DNA of 40,000 bases from Sulfuricellaceae bacterium (GTDB taxonomy: Bacteria; Pseudomonadota; Gammaproteobacteria; Burkholderiales; Sulfuricellaceae): the NCBI GenBank assembly GCA_030690895.1, contig JAUYFQ010000062.1, forward strand, positions 1-40,000, written 5' to 3'. The notes below the pieces were generated by a model. It had not been told where the DNA came from, did no database searches, and worked only from the letters and a program-made list of their open reading frames with translations. Shown piece after piece: positions 18,601-27,493 of this stretch. Made by a program: the position numbers and the translations under genes. The number at the start of each line of letters is the position of its first letter. Position 1 is the stretch's first letter.

Positions 18601-20484
18601 ATGCGTTTCCAATTGCAGACAATCAAATTCATCTTGTTTCTACTGGCTGGTTTTTCACCAGCGGGCGCAGTGGAGCTGGGTTCGCTGGCAACGGGTGAGG
18701 ATGCTCTTGTTGCCTATTCAGGATATGCAGGCTCGCTTCGATCACCGTTGAAACCGAATGTTGATATTCGACTGGAAGCAGTGCCGGAAGACGAAATCGC
18801 CAGATTTCGCGAGATCAATGCCAAGCCAGCGCGGAACGGGCCGCGACCTGCGCCTTACGCAGTTGCCTTTCCTCGCCCATTGCCAGAAAAAGCAGTGTTG
18901 CCTGGACTGCTTGCCCAGAAGTGGAAATGTTTGCCGGAGGGGGGGTGCGTTGCCCAAATCAGGCTGACTTCGAACGGCGCAGCGGCACTGCGAGCGGAAA
19001 TTCGCTTTGATCGGCTGGATGAGGGTGTGGAGTTGAGGTTTATCGGTAGTGATGAGCCTGCAAAAGTGCTGGGGCCACTAACTGCAAGGCAGATTCGTCA
19101 GCAAAATTTATCGTACTGGACACCGATTACCGAAGGGGAGTCGTTGACCCTGGAGATTTACCTTCCATCAACTACCGGCCCGGATGCGCTTCAGGGTGAA
19201 ATCACGCGTCTTTCTCATTTTATCGATCACCCTGCCAAGCTCCCTAAACCAGGAATGGTAAAGCCGGGATATGCCGGTTCGCAGAGTTGTGAAGTCGATG
19301 TTTCCTGCCTGAATAATGCCAGCCTGAGCACCCATGCCAATTCGGTTGCACGTATGTATTTCACGGTTGATGGATCTACTTTTGTTTGTTCTGGCACGCT
19401 GCTTAACAACACCAGGATGGATCTGACGCCCTATTTTTATACCGCTGCCCACTGTATTAGTACGCAGGCGGAGGCAGACTCGCTGGTTACCTACTGGTTT
19501 TATGAAGCCGCTGCATGTAACAGCACGGTGGTCTCTTCAGGTGCTGTACAGCGGTTCAATGGCGGCACTCTGTTGTATGCCAACTCGACTGATACTGAAG
19601 CCAGTTTACTGAGACTGAATGACGCTCCCCCCAGCGGCGTCATGTTCAGTGGATGGGACAGTTCAGCGATTTCGGTGGGAACTCAGGTAACGGGTATTCA
19701 TCATCCCGAAGGGGACGTAAAGAAAGTTTCAACCGGTAATGTGACTAACATAGGGCTGAGCTTCATTCTTGCCGAAACGGATGTCCTCTACACCGGATTC
19801 ACCGAGGCATTCTGGACATCTGGCGTGGTCGAGCATGGGAGCAGCGGATCAGGCCTGTTTAGCGGGAGTGGCAACCAGTACCGATTGCGCGGCAGCCTGA
19901 CTTCCGGTGATGGTTCCTGTCAGGAAGCGCCGAGAACGGGTGTTTACTCGCCATTTGATCGGGTCTATCCCGCCATTGCTCAGTATCTTAGCCCCTCAGA
20001 TACAGGATCGGAAGTGGCCGAGTTCTATAATACCAAGTTGATTCACTTTTTTATTACCGCAAACTCAGCTGAGGCGGCGGCCATCGATAACGGTAGCGCA
20101 GGACCGGGCTGGATTCGGACAGGGAATACCTTCAAATCAGGTGGCAGCAATGCAGTGTGCCGTTTCTATGGCAGCCAGCAACCAGGGCCAAATTCGCATT
20201 TTTACACGGCGGATGCGGCTGAATGCGCCAGTCTCAAGCAGATTCAGGTCAGCATTCCAGATACTCAGAAACGCTGGAATTACGAAGGACTGGATTTTGT
20301 TACATCAGTACCTGTCAATGGCGCTTGTTTTACTGGAACCATGCCGGTGTACCGTGCCTATAACAATGGATTTTCTCGTGGTATAGACAGTAATCATCGC
20401 ATAACTACCAGCCTGGACGCCATTCAGGATGTGGTCAACCTTGGCTGGGTGAATGAAGGTGTGGTGATGTGCGCACCCATTTAG
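18601..20484 (+). CDS. secreted trypsin-like (S1) serine protease with a C-terminal repeat domain
   Basis: Signal peptide (FILFLLAGFSPAGAVE), catalytic His motif TAAHC and Ser motif GSSGSG. The C-terminal region has FYN...HFF and RFY...HFYT repeats (DUF5648-like; family assignment is tentative). Confidence 0.8.
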   Translation: MRFQLQTIKFILFLLAGFSPAGAVELGSLATGEDALVAYSGYAGSLRSPLKPNVDIRLEAVPEDEIARFREINAKPARNGPRPAPYAVAFPRPLPEKAVLPGLLAQKWKCLPEGGCVAQIRLTSNGAAALRAEIRFDRLDEGVELRFIGSDEPAKVLGPLTARQIRQQNLSYWTPITEGESLTLEIYLPSTTGPDALQGEITRLSHFIDHPAKLPKPGMVKPGYAGSQSCEVDVSCLNNASLSTHANSVARMYFTVDGSTFVCSGTLLNNTRMDLTPYFYTAAHCISTQAEADSLVTYWFYEAAACNSTVVSSGAVQRFNGGTLLYANSTDTEASLLRLNDAPPSGVMFSGWDSSAISVGTQVTGIHHPEGDVKKVSTGNVTNIGLSFILAETDVLYTGFTEAFWTSGVVEHGSSGSGLFSGSGNQYRLRGSLTSGDGSCQEAPRTGVYSPFDRVYPAIAQYLSPSDTGSEVAEFYNTKLIHFFITANSAEAAAIDNGSAGPGWIRTGNTFKSGGSNAVCRFYGSQQPGPNSHFYTADAAECASLKQIQVSIPDTQKRWNYEGLDFVTSVPVNGACFTGTMPVYRAYNNGFSRGIDSNHRITTSLDAIQDVVNLGWVNEGVVMCAPI

Positions 20485-20495
20485 TGGATTAAGCC

Positions 20496-20607
20496 CAATA
20501 CTGTTCACTTATGCCGTTCGTGGGGAGCTTGTCGAACCACATATCGTTTATCCAAAGCCCTTCGACAGGCTCAGGGCGAACGGTTCAGGGTTAAGTGAAC
20601 AGCATTA
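20496..20607. mobile_element. MITE-like palindromic element flanked by a 10-bp direct repeat
   Basis: Terminal inverted repeats CAATACTGTTCACTTA and TAAGTGAACAGCATTA (14/16), an inner imperfect hairpin (CCGTTCG...CGAACGG), and perfect flanking direct repeats GGATTAAGCC at 20486-20495 and 20608-20617. Confidence 0.6.
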
Positions 20608-20610
20608 GGA

Positions 20611-23600
20611 TTAAGCCAGGGGTTTCTCTCCCCCCTCTTCGGCCAGCCTCTGATAGGCCCGGTAACGCTCCTCAATTTCCTGCTGGAAGACGGCCATGCA
20701 GGCATCGCCTTCCTTCTCGACATGTTTTAGCAAACCACGGAAACGCGGCTCGCTTTTGACCAGGTCGATGAAGGGGATGCTGGGGGCTTTTGAGTCCATG
20801 ACCAGCGGGTTCTTGCCTTCTGCGATGCGTCTTGGGTCGTGGCGGAACAGCGGCCAATGGCCGGAATCAACAGCCAGTTCCTGCTGGTGGTGCTGGTTGC
20901 TCATGTCGTAGCCGTGCTCGCCGCATGGGCTGTAGGCGATGATCAGCGAGGGGCCGTCGAAGGATTCGGCTTCCAGGAAGGTTTTGAGGGTATGGATGTC
21001 CTTTGCGCCGTAGGCGACATGGGCGACATAGACATTGCCGTAGCTCATGGCGATACGGGCCAGGTCTTTCTTGCCGGTGGCTTTTCCGTTGGCGGCGAAT
21101 TTGGCCGTGGCGCCGCGCGGGGTGGCTTTGCTGGCCTGACCGCCGGTGTTGGAATAAACCTCGGTATCGAGCACCAGAATATTGACGTTGCGCCCGGAGG
21201 CCAGCACATGATCGACGCCACCGAAGCCGATGTCGTAAGCCCAGCCGTCGCCGCCGATGATCCAGACGCTTTTCTTGACCAGGTTTTCCGCCAGGCTTTC
21301 CAGATTGCGCGCATCACTAATAAGGGACTCGCGTAGCGAGCCTGTGTCCCTCTCGCCTTTATGCCCTTCAGGGTACTCTGGGAGAGAGTTAGGAGAGAGG
21401 GAAATGATCGTCTTGAGTTTTGCCAATAGCTGCGCCACGCGCTCGCGCTGTTGCTGGATACCGGCTTCGCTGGACTGGTCGGCGGCGAGGATGGCGTCCA
21501 CCAGTTCTGTACCAAGCTGGTCTTTCATCTTTGTCGCCAGTTCGCCAGCATGTTCTGCATGTTTGTCGATGGTGACGCGGAAACCCAAACCAAATTCGGC
21601 GTTGTCCTCGAACAGCGAATTGTTCCAGGCCGGCCCGCGACCTTGCGTGTTCTGGCTATAGGGCGTGGTGGGCAGGTTGCCGCCGTAGATCGAGGAGCAG
21701 CCCGTCGCGTTGGCGACCACCATGCGGTCGCCGAACAATTGGGTAGCCAGGCGAATATAAGGCGTTTCTCCGCAACCCACACAGGCGGTGGGGAACTCGA
21801 ACAGCGGTTGCATCACCATGGCGCCCTTGATGGTGGAAATGCGCAGTTTGGTGCGGTCAAATTCCGGCAGTTTGAGGAAGAAGGCGAAGTTTTCCCGCTC
21901 TGTTACACGCAATGGCGCTTGTGGCCGCATTTCCAGCGCCTTGTGGCCGTCTTCCTTGCTCACCGCCGGGCAAATGTCCACGCACAGGCCGCAGCCGGTA
22001 CAGTCTTCCGGCGCAACCTGATAACTGACATGCATGCCTTCCTCGAACTCCTTGCCCTTGATCTGGATGTGCTTGAAGCTGGGCGGAGCGTCCTTGGCCA
22101 GTTCGGCATCAAATACCTTGGAGCGGATCGCGGTGTGCGGGCAGACGAAGGGGCATTTGCCGCAGTAGATACAGAGCGCTGCGTCCCATACCGGGATTTC
22201 CTGCGCCAGATTGCGCTTGTCGTAATGCGCGGTGCCGGTCGGCCAGGTGCCGTCGTTGGGCAGCAAGGACACCGGGATCAAATCGCCACGCCCGAGCATG
22301 ATTTCCCCGCTTACGCGGCGGACAAAGGCCGGTGCATTGGCCGGGATGTGGTTCTCCATTTCGAAGCAACTGGAAGACTGCTCGGGCACGTCCACCTGAT
22401 ACAGGTTGGCGAGGGTTTCGTCGATGGCTTTCCAGTTGGCTTCGACGATGGCCTGGCCTTTTTTGCCATAGGTTTTTTCAGCGGCGTATTTGATTTTCTC
22501 GATTGCCACGTCTTGCGGCAGCACGCCGGAAATGGCAAAAAAGCAGGCCTGCATGATGGTGTTGATGCGCGTCCCCATGCCAGTGGCGCGGGCGACGGCA
22601 TACGCATCAATCGTATAAAAGCGCAGTTTCTTGTCTATGATCTGTTGCTGCATCTTGCATGGCAATGTCGCCCAGACTTTATCAGGCGCAGCCGGTGAAT
22701 TCAGCAGGAACACCGCATTGTCAGCCGCGTTTTCGAGCATCTCGATGCGCTCGATGAAAATTGGCTGGTGGCAGGCGATGAAATTGGCCTCATCCGTGCC
22801 GATCAGGTAGCTGGAGTGGATGGGCTTGGGCGAAAAGCGCAGGTGCGAGGTGGTCATTGCTCCGGCTTTTTTCGAGTCATAGACGAAATAGCCTTGTCCA
22901 TAGAGTTCGGTTTCCTCACCCATGATCTTGATGGTGTTCTTGTTGGCAGAAACCGTGCCGTCCGAGCCCAATCCATAAAACAGCCCGCGCAACACGCCTG
23001 TCCCCGCATCGACGCGGTAGGCCGGGTTCCAGTCCAGGCTGGTGTGGGTGAGATCATCGATGATGCCGATGGTGAAATGATTCTTCGGTCTGTCCTTGCT
23101 GAGCTCGTCGAAAATGCCCGCGATCATGCCCGGTGTGAATTCCTTGGAGGAGAGGCCGTAACGACCGCCAACTACCGCTAACCCTCTCCCTAGCCCTCCC
23201 CCGCTCTTGTGCCCTTCAGGGTATGCGGGGGAGGGGACCATTGCTCCCTCTCCCGCCTGCGGGGGAGGGTTGGGGAGAGGGTTAATATTGGCGAGGGGGG
23301 TAGTGCTGGCGAAATTATCGAAAACCCCATGTTCTACCAGCGCAGTCACCACGTCCTTGTAAAGCGGTTCGCCATCTGCGCCAGGCTCCTTGCAGCGGTC
23401 GAGCACGGCAATTTTCCGGGTGCTGGCGGGCAGCACTTCGATCAGCCTCGAAGGGTCGAGAGGCCGATACAAGCGCACCTTGACCATGCCCACTTTCTCG
23501 CCGCGTGCGACCAGGTGTTGCACGGTTTCTTCCACCGCCTCGGCGCCAGAGCCCATGAGAATGATGATCCGCTCCGCGTCCGCCGCGCCTACATATTCAA

Positions 23601-24381
23601 ACAGCTTGTACTGACGTCCGGTGAGCTGGGCGAACTTGTCCATTTCATATTGCACGATGCCGGGCATCAGGTCGTAGTAGGCATTGACCGTTTCGCGTGC
23701 CTGGAAATACACGTCGGGGTTCTGCGAGGTACCGCGCACCACCGGGTGCTCGGGCGAGAGCGCACGGGCGCGATGAGCGCGAACCAGTTCGTCGGAAATC
23801 ATTTCGCGTACGGTTTCGATCGGCACTTGCTCGATTTTCGCCACTTCATGCGAAGTGCGGAAGCCATCGAAAAAATGCAGAATCGGAATACGGGCTTCGA
23901 GCGTGGCGGCCTGGGCGATCAAGGCCAGATCCTGTGCTTCCTGCACCGAGTTGGAACTCAGAAAGGCAAACCCCGTCCCGCGCGCGGCCATCACGTCGCT
24001 ATGGTCGCCAAAAATGGACAAGCCCTGCGCGGCCAGCGAGCGCGCCGCCACATGCATCACGAAAGGCGTCAGTTCCCCGGCAATCTTGTACATGTTGGGA
24101 ATCATCAGGAGCAAACCCTGCGAAGCGGTGAAAGTCGTCGCCAGCGCCCCGGTCTGGAGCGCGCCATGAATGGTTCCCGCCGCGCCTGCCTCGCTTTGCA
24201 GTTCGATCACTTCCGGCACAGTGCCCCACAGGTTTTTCTGACCCATGGCGCTCCAGGCATCCGAATATTCCCCCATCGGCGAAGATGGCGTGATCGGATA
24301 AATGGCGATAACTTCGTTGGTGAGGTGAGCGATGTAGGCGGCGGCTTCGTTGCCGTCAACGGTGACTGTGGTGGCTGACAT
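20611..24381 (-). CDS. nifJ: pyruvate:ferredoxin (flavodoxin) oxidoreductase
   Basis: 1256 aa with two ferredoxin-type clusters (CIYCGKCPFVCP, CTGCGLCVDICP), the TPP motif GGDGWAYDIGFGG and AGGAG upstream of the ATG. It carries two repeat-derived in-frame insertions. Confidence 0.95.
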   Translation of the reverse strand: MSATTVTVDGNEAAAYIAHLTNEVIAIYPITPSSPMGEYSDAWSAMGQKNLWGTVPEVIELQSEAGAAGTIHGALQTGALATTFTASQGLLLMIPNMYKIAGELTPFVMHVAARSLAAQGLSIFGDHSDVMAARGTGFAFLSSNSVQEAQDLALIAQAATLEARIPILHFFDGFRTSHEVAKIEQVPIETVREMISDELVRAHRARALSPEHPVVRGTSQNPDVYFQARETVNAYYDLMPGIVQYEMDKFAQLTGRQYKLFEYVGAADAERIIILMGSGAEAVEETVQHLVARGEKVGMVKVRLYRPLDPSRLIEVLPASTRKIAVLDRCKEPGADGEPLYKDVVTALVEHGVFDNFASTTPLANINPLPNPPPQAGEGAMVPSPAYPEGHKSGGGLGRGLAVVGGRYGLSSKEFTPGMIAGIFDELSKDRPKNHFTIGIIDDLTHTSLDWNPAYRVDAGTGVLRGLFYGLGSDGTVSANKNTIKIMGEETELYGQGYFVYDSKKAGAMTTSHLRFSPKPIHSSYLIGTDEANFIACHQPIFIERIEMLENAADNAVFLLNSPAAPDKVWATLPCKMQQQIIDKKLRFYTIDAYAVARATGMGTRINTIMQACFFAISGVLPQDVAIEKIKYAAEKTYGKKGQAIVEANWKAIDETLANLYQVDVPEQSSSCFEMENHIPANAPAFVRRVSGEIMLGRGDLIPVSLLPNDGTWPTGTAHYDKRNLAQEIPVWDAALCIYCGKCPFVCPHTAIRSKVFDAELAKDAPPSFKHIQIKGKEFEEGMHVSYQVAPEDCTGCGLCVDICPAVSKEDGHKALEMRPQAPLRVTERENFAFFLKLPEFDRTKLRISTIKGAMVMQPLFEFPTACVGCGETPYIRLATQLFGDRMVVANATGCSSIYGGNLPTTPYSQNTQGRGPAWNNSLFEDNAEFGLGFRVTIDKHAEHAGELATKMKDQLGTELVDAILAADQSSEAGIQQQRERVAQLLAKLKTIISLSPNSLPEYPEGHKGERDTGSLRESLISDARNLESLAENLVKKSVWIIGGDGWAYDIGFGGVDHVLASGRNVNILVLDTEVYSNTGGQASKATPRGATAKFAANGKATGKKDLARIAMSYGNVYVAHVAYGAKDIHTLKTFLEAESFDGPSLIIAYSPCGEHGYDMSNQHHQQELAVDSGHWPLFRHDPRRIAEGKNPLVMDSKAPSIPFIDLVKSEPRFRGLLKHVEKEGDACMAVFQQEIEERYRAYQRLAEEGGEKPLA
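21346..21404. repeat. intragenic palindromic repeat in nifJ (encodes SLSPNSLPEYPEGHKGERD)
   Basis: Hairpin TCCCTCTC...GAGAGGGA. The 25-mer at 21380-21404 is the exact reverse complement of 31891-31915 (hoxU/Y junction). Confidence 0.8.
23179..23284. repeat. composite intragenic palindromic repeat in nifJ (encodes NPLPNPPPQAGEGAMVPSPAYPEGHKSGGGLGRGL)
   Basis: Two nested hairpins with outer ends TAACCCTCTCC...GGAGAGGGTTA. The core matches the copies at 31925 and 38659 with about 3 mismatches. Confidence 0.8.
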
Positions 24382-24414
24382 GATGACTCCTGATTGATCC
24401 TGGAAAACTCAATT

Positions 24415-24538
24415 AACCACGGGGCACACGGGGATCACGGGGCAAAATCAATACGTTGCATGACTTTTTGCCATCACCCATCAGGTGAGGCATACCAAAA
24501 TCCAAAATCTCATGGCATCCCCCGCGTGTCCCGTGGTT
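24415..24538. repeat. inverted short-period repeat element (CACGGGG units) upstream of nifJ
   Basis: Left arm AACCACGGGGCACACGGGGATCACGGGG (24415-24442); right arm CCCCCGCGTGTCCCGTGGTT (24519-24538). Collinear with the 5313-5481 element. Confidence 0.7.
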
Positions 24539-24622
24539 CAAATGCGGTTTTAGGTTTATGCACTGAAACCACAATAAACCTGTTGAACCGGGCTGGCAAG
24601 TATCTGGATTTTGCTGTCCGGA

Positions 24623-27436
24623 TTAAGTGCTTTTCCACGATGGGTCGGGCTGCCAGGCGGCGATCCAGGCCGGAAGTTCTGCTGCGGGCATGGGGCGCGC
24701 GATGCCGTGGCCCTGGCCCAGAAAACACCCCAGATGCAGGAGCATCCGGCCGTGCGCGGCTGTTTCCACGCCTTCGGCAATCACGGAGCGGTGGAATGCC
24801 TCGGCCAGGCCGATGACGCCTTCGATGATCGCCATGTCTTCCACATCGGTGAGCATGTCGCATACGAAGGACTGATCGATCTTGAGCGTTTCTGCAGGCA
24901 GGCGTTTCAGATAGGTGAGCGAGGAGTAGCCCGTGCCGAAATCATCCAGGGCGAACGATACGCCTATCCGCTGACAGGCCTTGATCAGGCCGGAGACATG
25001 GGCTACATCCTCGATTGCCGCACTTTCCAGTACCTCCAGTTCGAGCCGGTTTTTCGCCACGTCGGGGTAGCGGTCGAGCATTATCTTCATGCGCTCGGCA
25101 AAATTGAAGCAGGCCAGGTGGTGTGCGGCAATATTGACGCTCACCCGCATATCCAGCCCCGCTGCACGCCAAGCCGCCATCTGGCGCAGGGCTTCGGTAA
25201 TCACCCACTCGCCGATCCGGATTTCCAGTTCAGCATCCTCCAGCATCGGCAGAAATTCGCCAGGCAGCAGCATGCCACGCTCCGGATGGCGCCAGCGGAT
25301 CAGGGCTTCGGTGCCAACCACGATACCTGCGCACATGTCCACCTTGGGCTGATAGTAAAGGCAGAATTCCTCTTTAAGCAGTGCGGTTTCGATCCGGTTG
25401 AGCAATTCACGACGCCGACGAACCGTATGGTCGTGCTGCGGATCAAACAGGTGGTAACGATTGCGCCCGGCTTCCTTGGCCGCATACATGGCCTGGTCGG
25501 CATGGCGCATCAGGGTGTCGGAATCTGACCCATCGCCTGGAAAAATAGTGGCGCCAATGCTGGCGGTGACCGACAGTTTTTCGCCGTCGACAGGCACCGG
25601 TTGTGAAACGGCATGCAGCACGCGGGTCAGCGTGCCTTCGCATTCTTCGACATCGGCCAAGCCTGCCAGCAGAAGCACGAATTCGTCGCCACCCAGGCGA
25701 GCCACGGTGTCGCCGCCGCGCACTGCGGCATTCAGGCGCGTCGCGACTTCTGCGAGCAAACGGTCGCCCATGGCATGACCGTGGGTGTCGTTAATCGGTT
25801 TGAATCCATCCAGATCGAGATAGCAGATGGCCAGTTTTTCTCCGGAACGCTCGGCCTGGGCCAGGGCCACTTTCATACGGTCGGTGAGCAGCGCCCGGTT
25901 TGGCAGGCCGGTTAGCGGATCATAGTGAGCCATATGTTCCAGGCGGGCTTCCTGAGCCTTGAGCTCTGAAACGTCGGTGAAAATACCGATATAGCGGCTT
26001 ATCTTCCCGGCAGCATCTCGAACCGCGACGATGGAAAGGCGATCGGGATAAATGCCGCCATTTTTACGCCGGTTCCATATTTCCCCGTGCCAGTGCCCCT
26101 TGGTCTGAATATCCTTCCACATGGACTCGTAGAAAGCGGGCTCGTGCATGCCAGAAGCCAGTAAGCGTGGCGTTTGGCCCAGCGCCTCGTCGCGGCTGTA
26201 ACCGGTAATCTGGCTGAATGCCGGATTTACTTCGATGATGATCCGTTCGGCATCGGTGACCACGATGGATTCGATGGCGTTCTCGAATACGCCAGCCGCC
26301 AGGGCCAGTCGCTCCAGCGTTTCATGTTCCTCGGTCTGGTCGCGAAAAACCAGGACTACGCCGCCAACCCTGCCATCGGCATGACGAATCGGTGCGGCGG
26401 AATCGGCGATGAGGATCTCCGTGCCATCACGGGCGATCAGCAAGGTATGGTTGGCCAGACCCACGATTACGCCTTCGCGTAGTGCTTGGGCTGTCGGGCA
26501 TTCCACTTCCAGACGCGTGTACTCGTTGATGATGCGAAAAACTTCCAGCAGGGGCTGGCCGCGCGCTTCTTCTGCTTTCCAGCCGGTCAGGCCTTCTGCC
26601 ACCGGGTTCATGAAGCTCACCCGGCTTTCGTTGTCAGCGGTGATCACCCCGTCGCCAATGGAGGACAACGTGACTGAAAGTCGCTCGGCTTCCTGGCGTA
26701 GATCGGCTTGCGCCGTTTCAACGGCTTCTGCCATACGGTTGAAGGCTGTGATAATACGGGTTACTTCCGGGCTGCCACGAAGTGGGATGCGGGTCGATAA
26801 CTGCCCATTGGCCAGTGCCCCCGCGCCTTTGCCGAGTGCGGAGAGGGGGCGCAGACTGCTTTTCAGGATCAGCAGGATACCGATGAAGTCCAGCGCCACC
26901 GCCAGCACCAGAATATTCAAATGGCTAAGGAAGGAAGCCCACAGACGCTCGATTTTGACTGATGCCGAGGTGACGAGCGTGACGGCGCCGTAGTTTCTGC
27001 CTCCTATGCTCAGGGTGCGCGTCGCCTGCTGCTCGGGGATGTTGACCCAGTGGATGAACCATCCCGGCGCGTGAGGTAATTTTGGCTTGTCAATTGCCTC
27101 TATGACCCGGCCTTTTCGGTCCACCCAGGTGACATGATCGATTTCATTGTGTTTGGCCCGCTGTTTGAGCGTTTGTTCGATATTGGCGTAGTCGCCGATG
27201 ACCGCCCACTCTGAAATGGCTGGCAACAGGGATTCCATCTCATTGCTGAGTTCTGCCGAAATCTCGATTCGGGAAAATTCAGCATCCTTGCTGGTGGAGA
27301 CGTAGAGCAGCAGGACGCCGGCCACAATCAAGGCGAATCCCGCACTGAACATCATGCGCATGACGAGGGTCAGACGTGACCAGAATCGTGCCAGCAAATT
27401 TTTCTCCAAATGATCCTGGTAGTCATGTTGAATCAC
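24623..27436 (-). CDS. membrane sensor with HAMP, two PAS, GGDEF and EAL domains (c-di-GMP turnover)
   Basis: 937 aa with N-terminal TM segments, the GGDEF motif (RLGGDEFVLL), the EAL motif (TEALIRW) and DDFGTGYSSL. Confidence 0.9.
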   Translation of the reverse strand: MIQHDYQDHLEKNLLARFWSRLTLVMRMMFSAGFALIVAGVLLLYVSTSKDAEFSRIEISAELSNEMESLLPAISEWAVIGDYANIEQTLKQRAKHNEIDHVTWVDRKGRVIEAIDKPKLPHAPGWFIHWVNIPEQQATRTLSIGGRNYGAVTLVTSASVKIERLWASFLSHLNILVLAVALDFIGILLILKSSLRPLSALGKGAGALANGQLSTRIPLRGSPEVTRIITAFNRMAEAVETAQADLRQEAERLSVTLSSIGDGVITADNESRVSFMNPVAEGLTGWKAEEARGQPLLEVFRIINEYTRLEVECPTAQALREGVIVGLANHTLLIARDGTEILIADSAAPIRHADGRVGGVVLVFRDQTEEHETLERLALAAGVFENAIESIVVTDAERIIIEVNPAFSQITGYSRDEALGQTPRLLASGMHEPAFYESMWKDIQTKGHWHGEIWNRRKNGGIYPDRLSIVAVRDAAGKISRYIGIFTDVSELKAQEARLEHMAHYDPLTGLPNRALLTDRMKVALAQAERSGEKLAICYLDLDGFKPINDTHGHAMGDRLLAEVATRLNAAVRGGDTVARLGGDEFVLLLAGLADVEECEGTLTRVLHAVSQPVPVDGEKLSVTASIGATIFPGDGSDSDTLMRHADQAMYAAKEAGRNRYHLFDPQHDHTVRRRRELLNRIETALLKEEFCLYYQPKVDMCAGIVVGTEALIRWRHPERGMLLPGEFLPMLEDAELEIRIGEWVITEALRQMAAWRAAGLDMRVSVNIAAHHLACFNFAERMKIMLDRYPDVAKNRLELEVLESAAIEDVAHVSGLIKACQRIGVSFALDDFGTGYSSLTYLKRLPAETLKIDQSFVCDMLTDVEDMAIIEGVIGLAEAFHRSVIAEGVETAAHGRMLLHLGCFLGQGHGIARPMPAAELPAWIAAWQPDPSWKST

Positions 27437-27437
27437 C

Positions 27438-27465
27438 TGTAGGTCGGCCTTCAGGCCGACCTACA
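27438..27465. repeat. REP-like perfect hairpin
   Basis: TGTAGGTCGGCC, loop TTCA, GGCCGACCTACA (12-bp stems). No T-tract on either strand. Located between the binding-protein gene and the GGDEF/EAL gene. Confidence 0.7.
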
Positions 27466-27493
27466 TACCCTTGCGATCTATATTGGCAGGCTG

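Noticed and set aside
21451-24378. + strand ORFs (21451-22698, 23209-24378) opposite nifJ
   Set aside because: Antisense shadows of the PFOR gene.
24471-24483. The 13-mer CCATCACCCATCA shared between the nifJ-upstream element loop and the hoxF-upstream palindrome (28464-28476)
   Set aside because: An exact 13-mer match within 40 kb on both strands is expected by chance several times. Noted only as a weak hint of relatedness.
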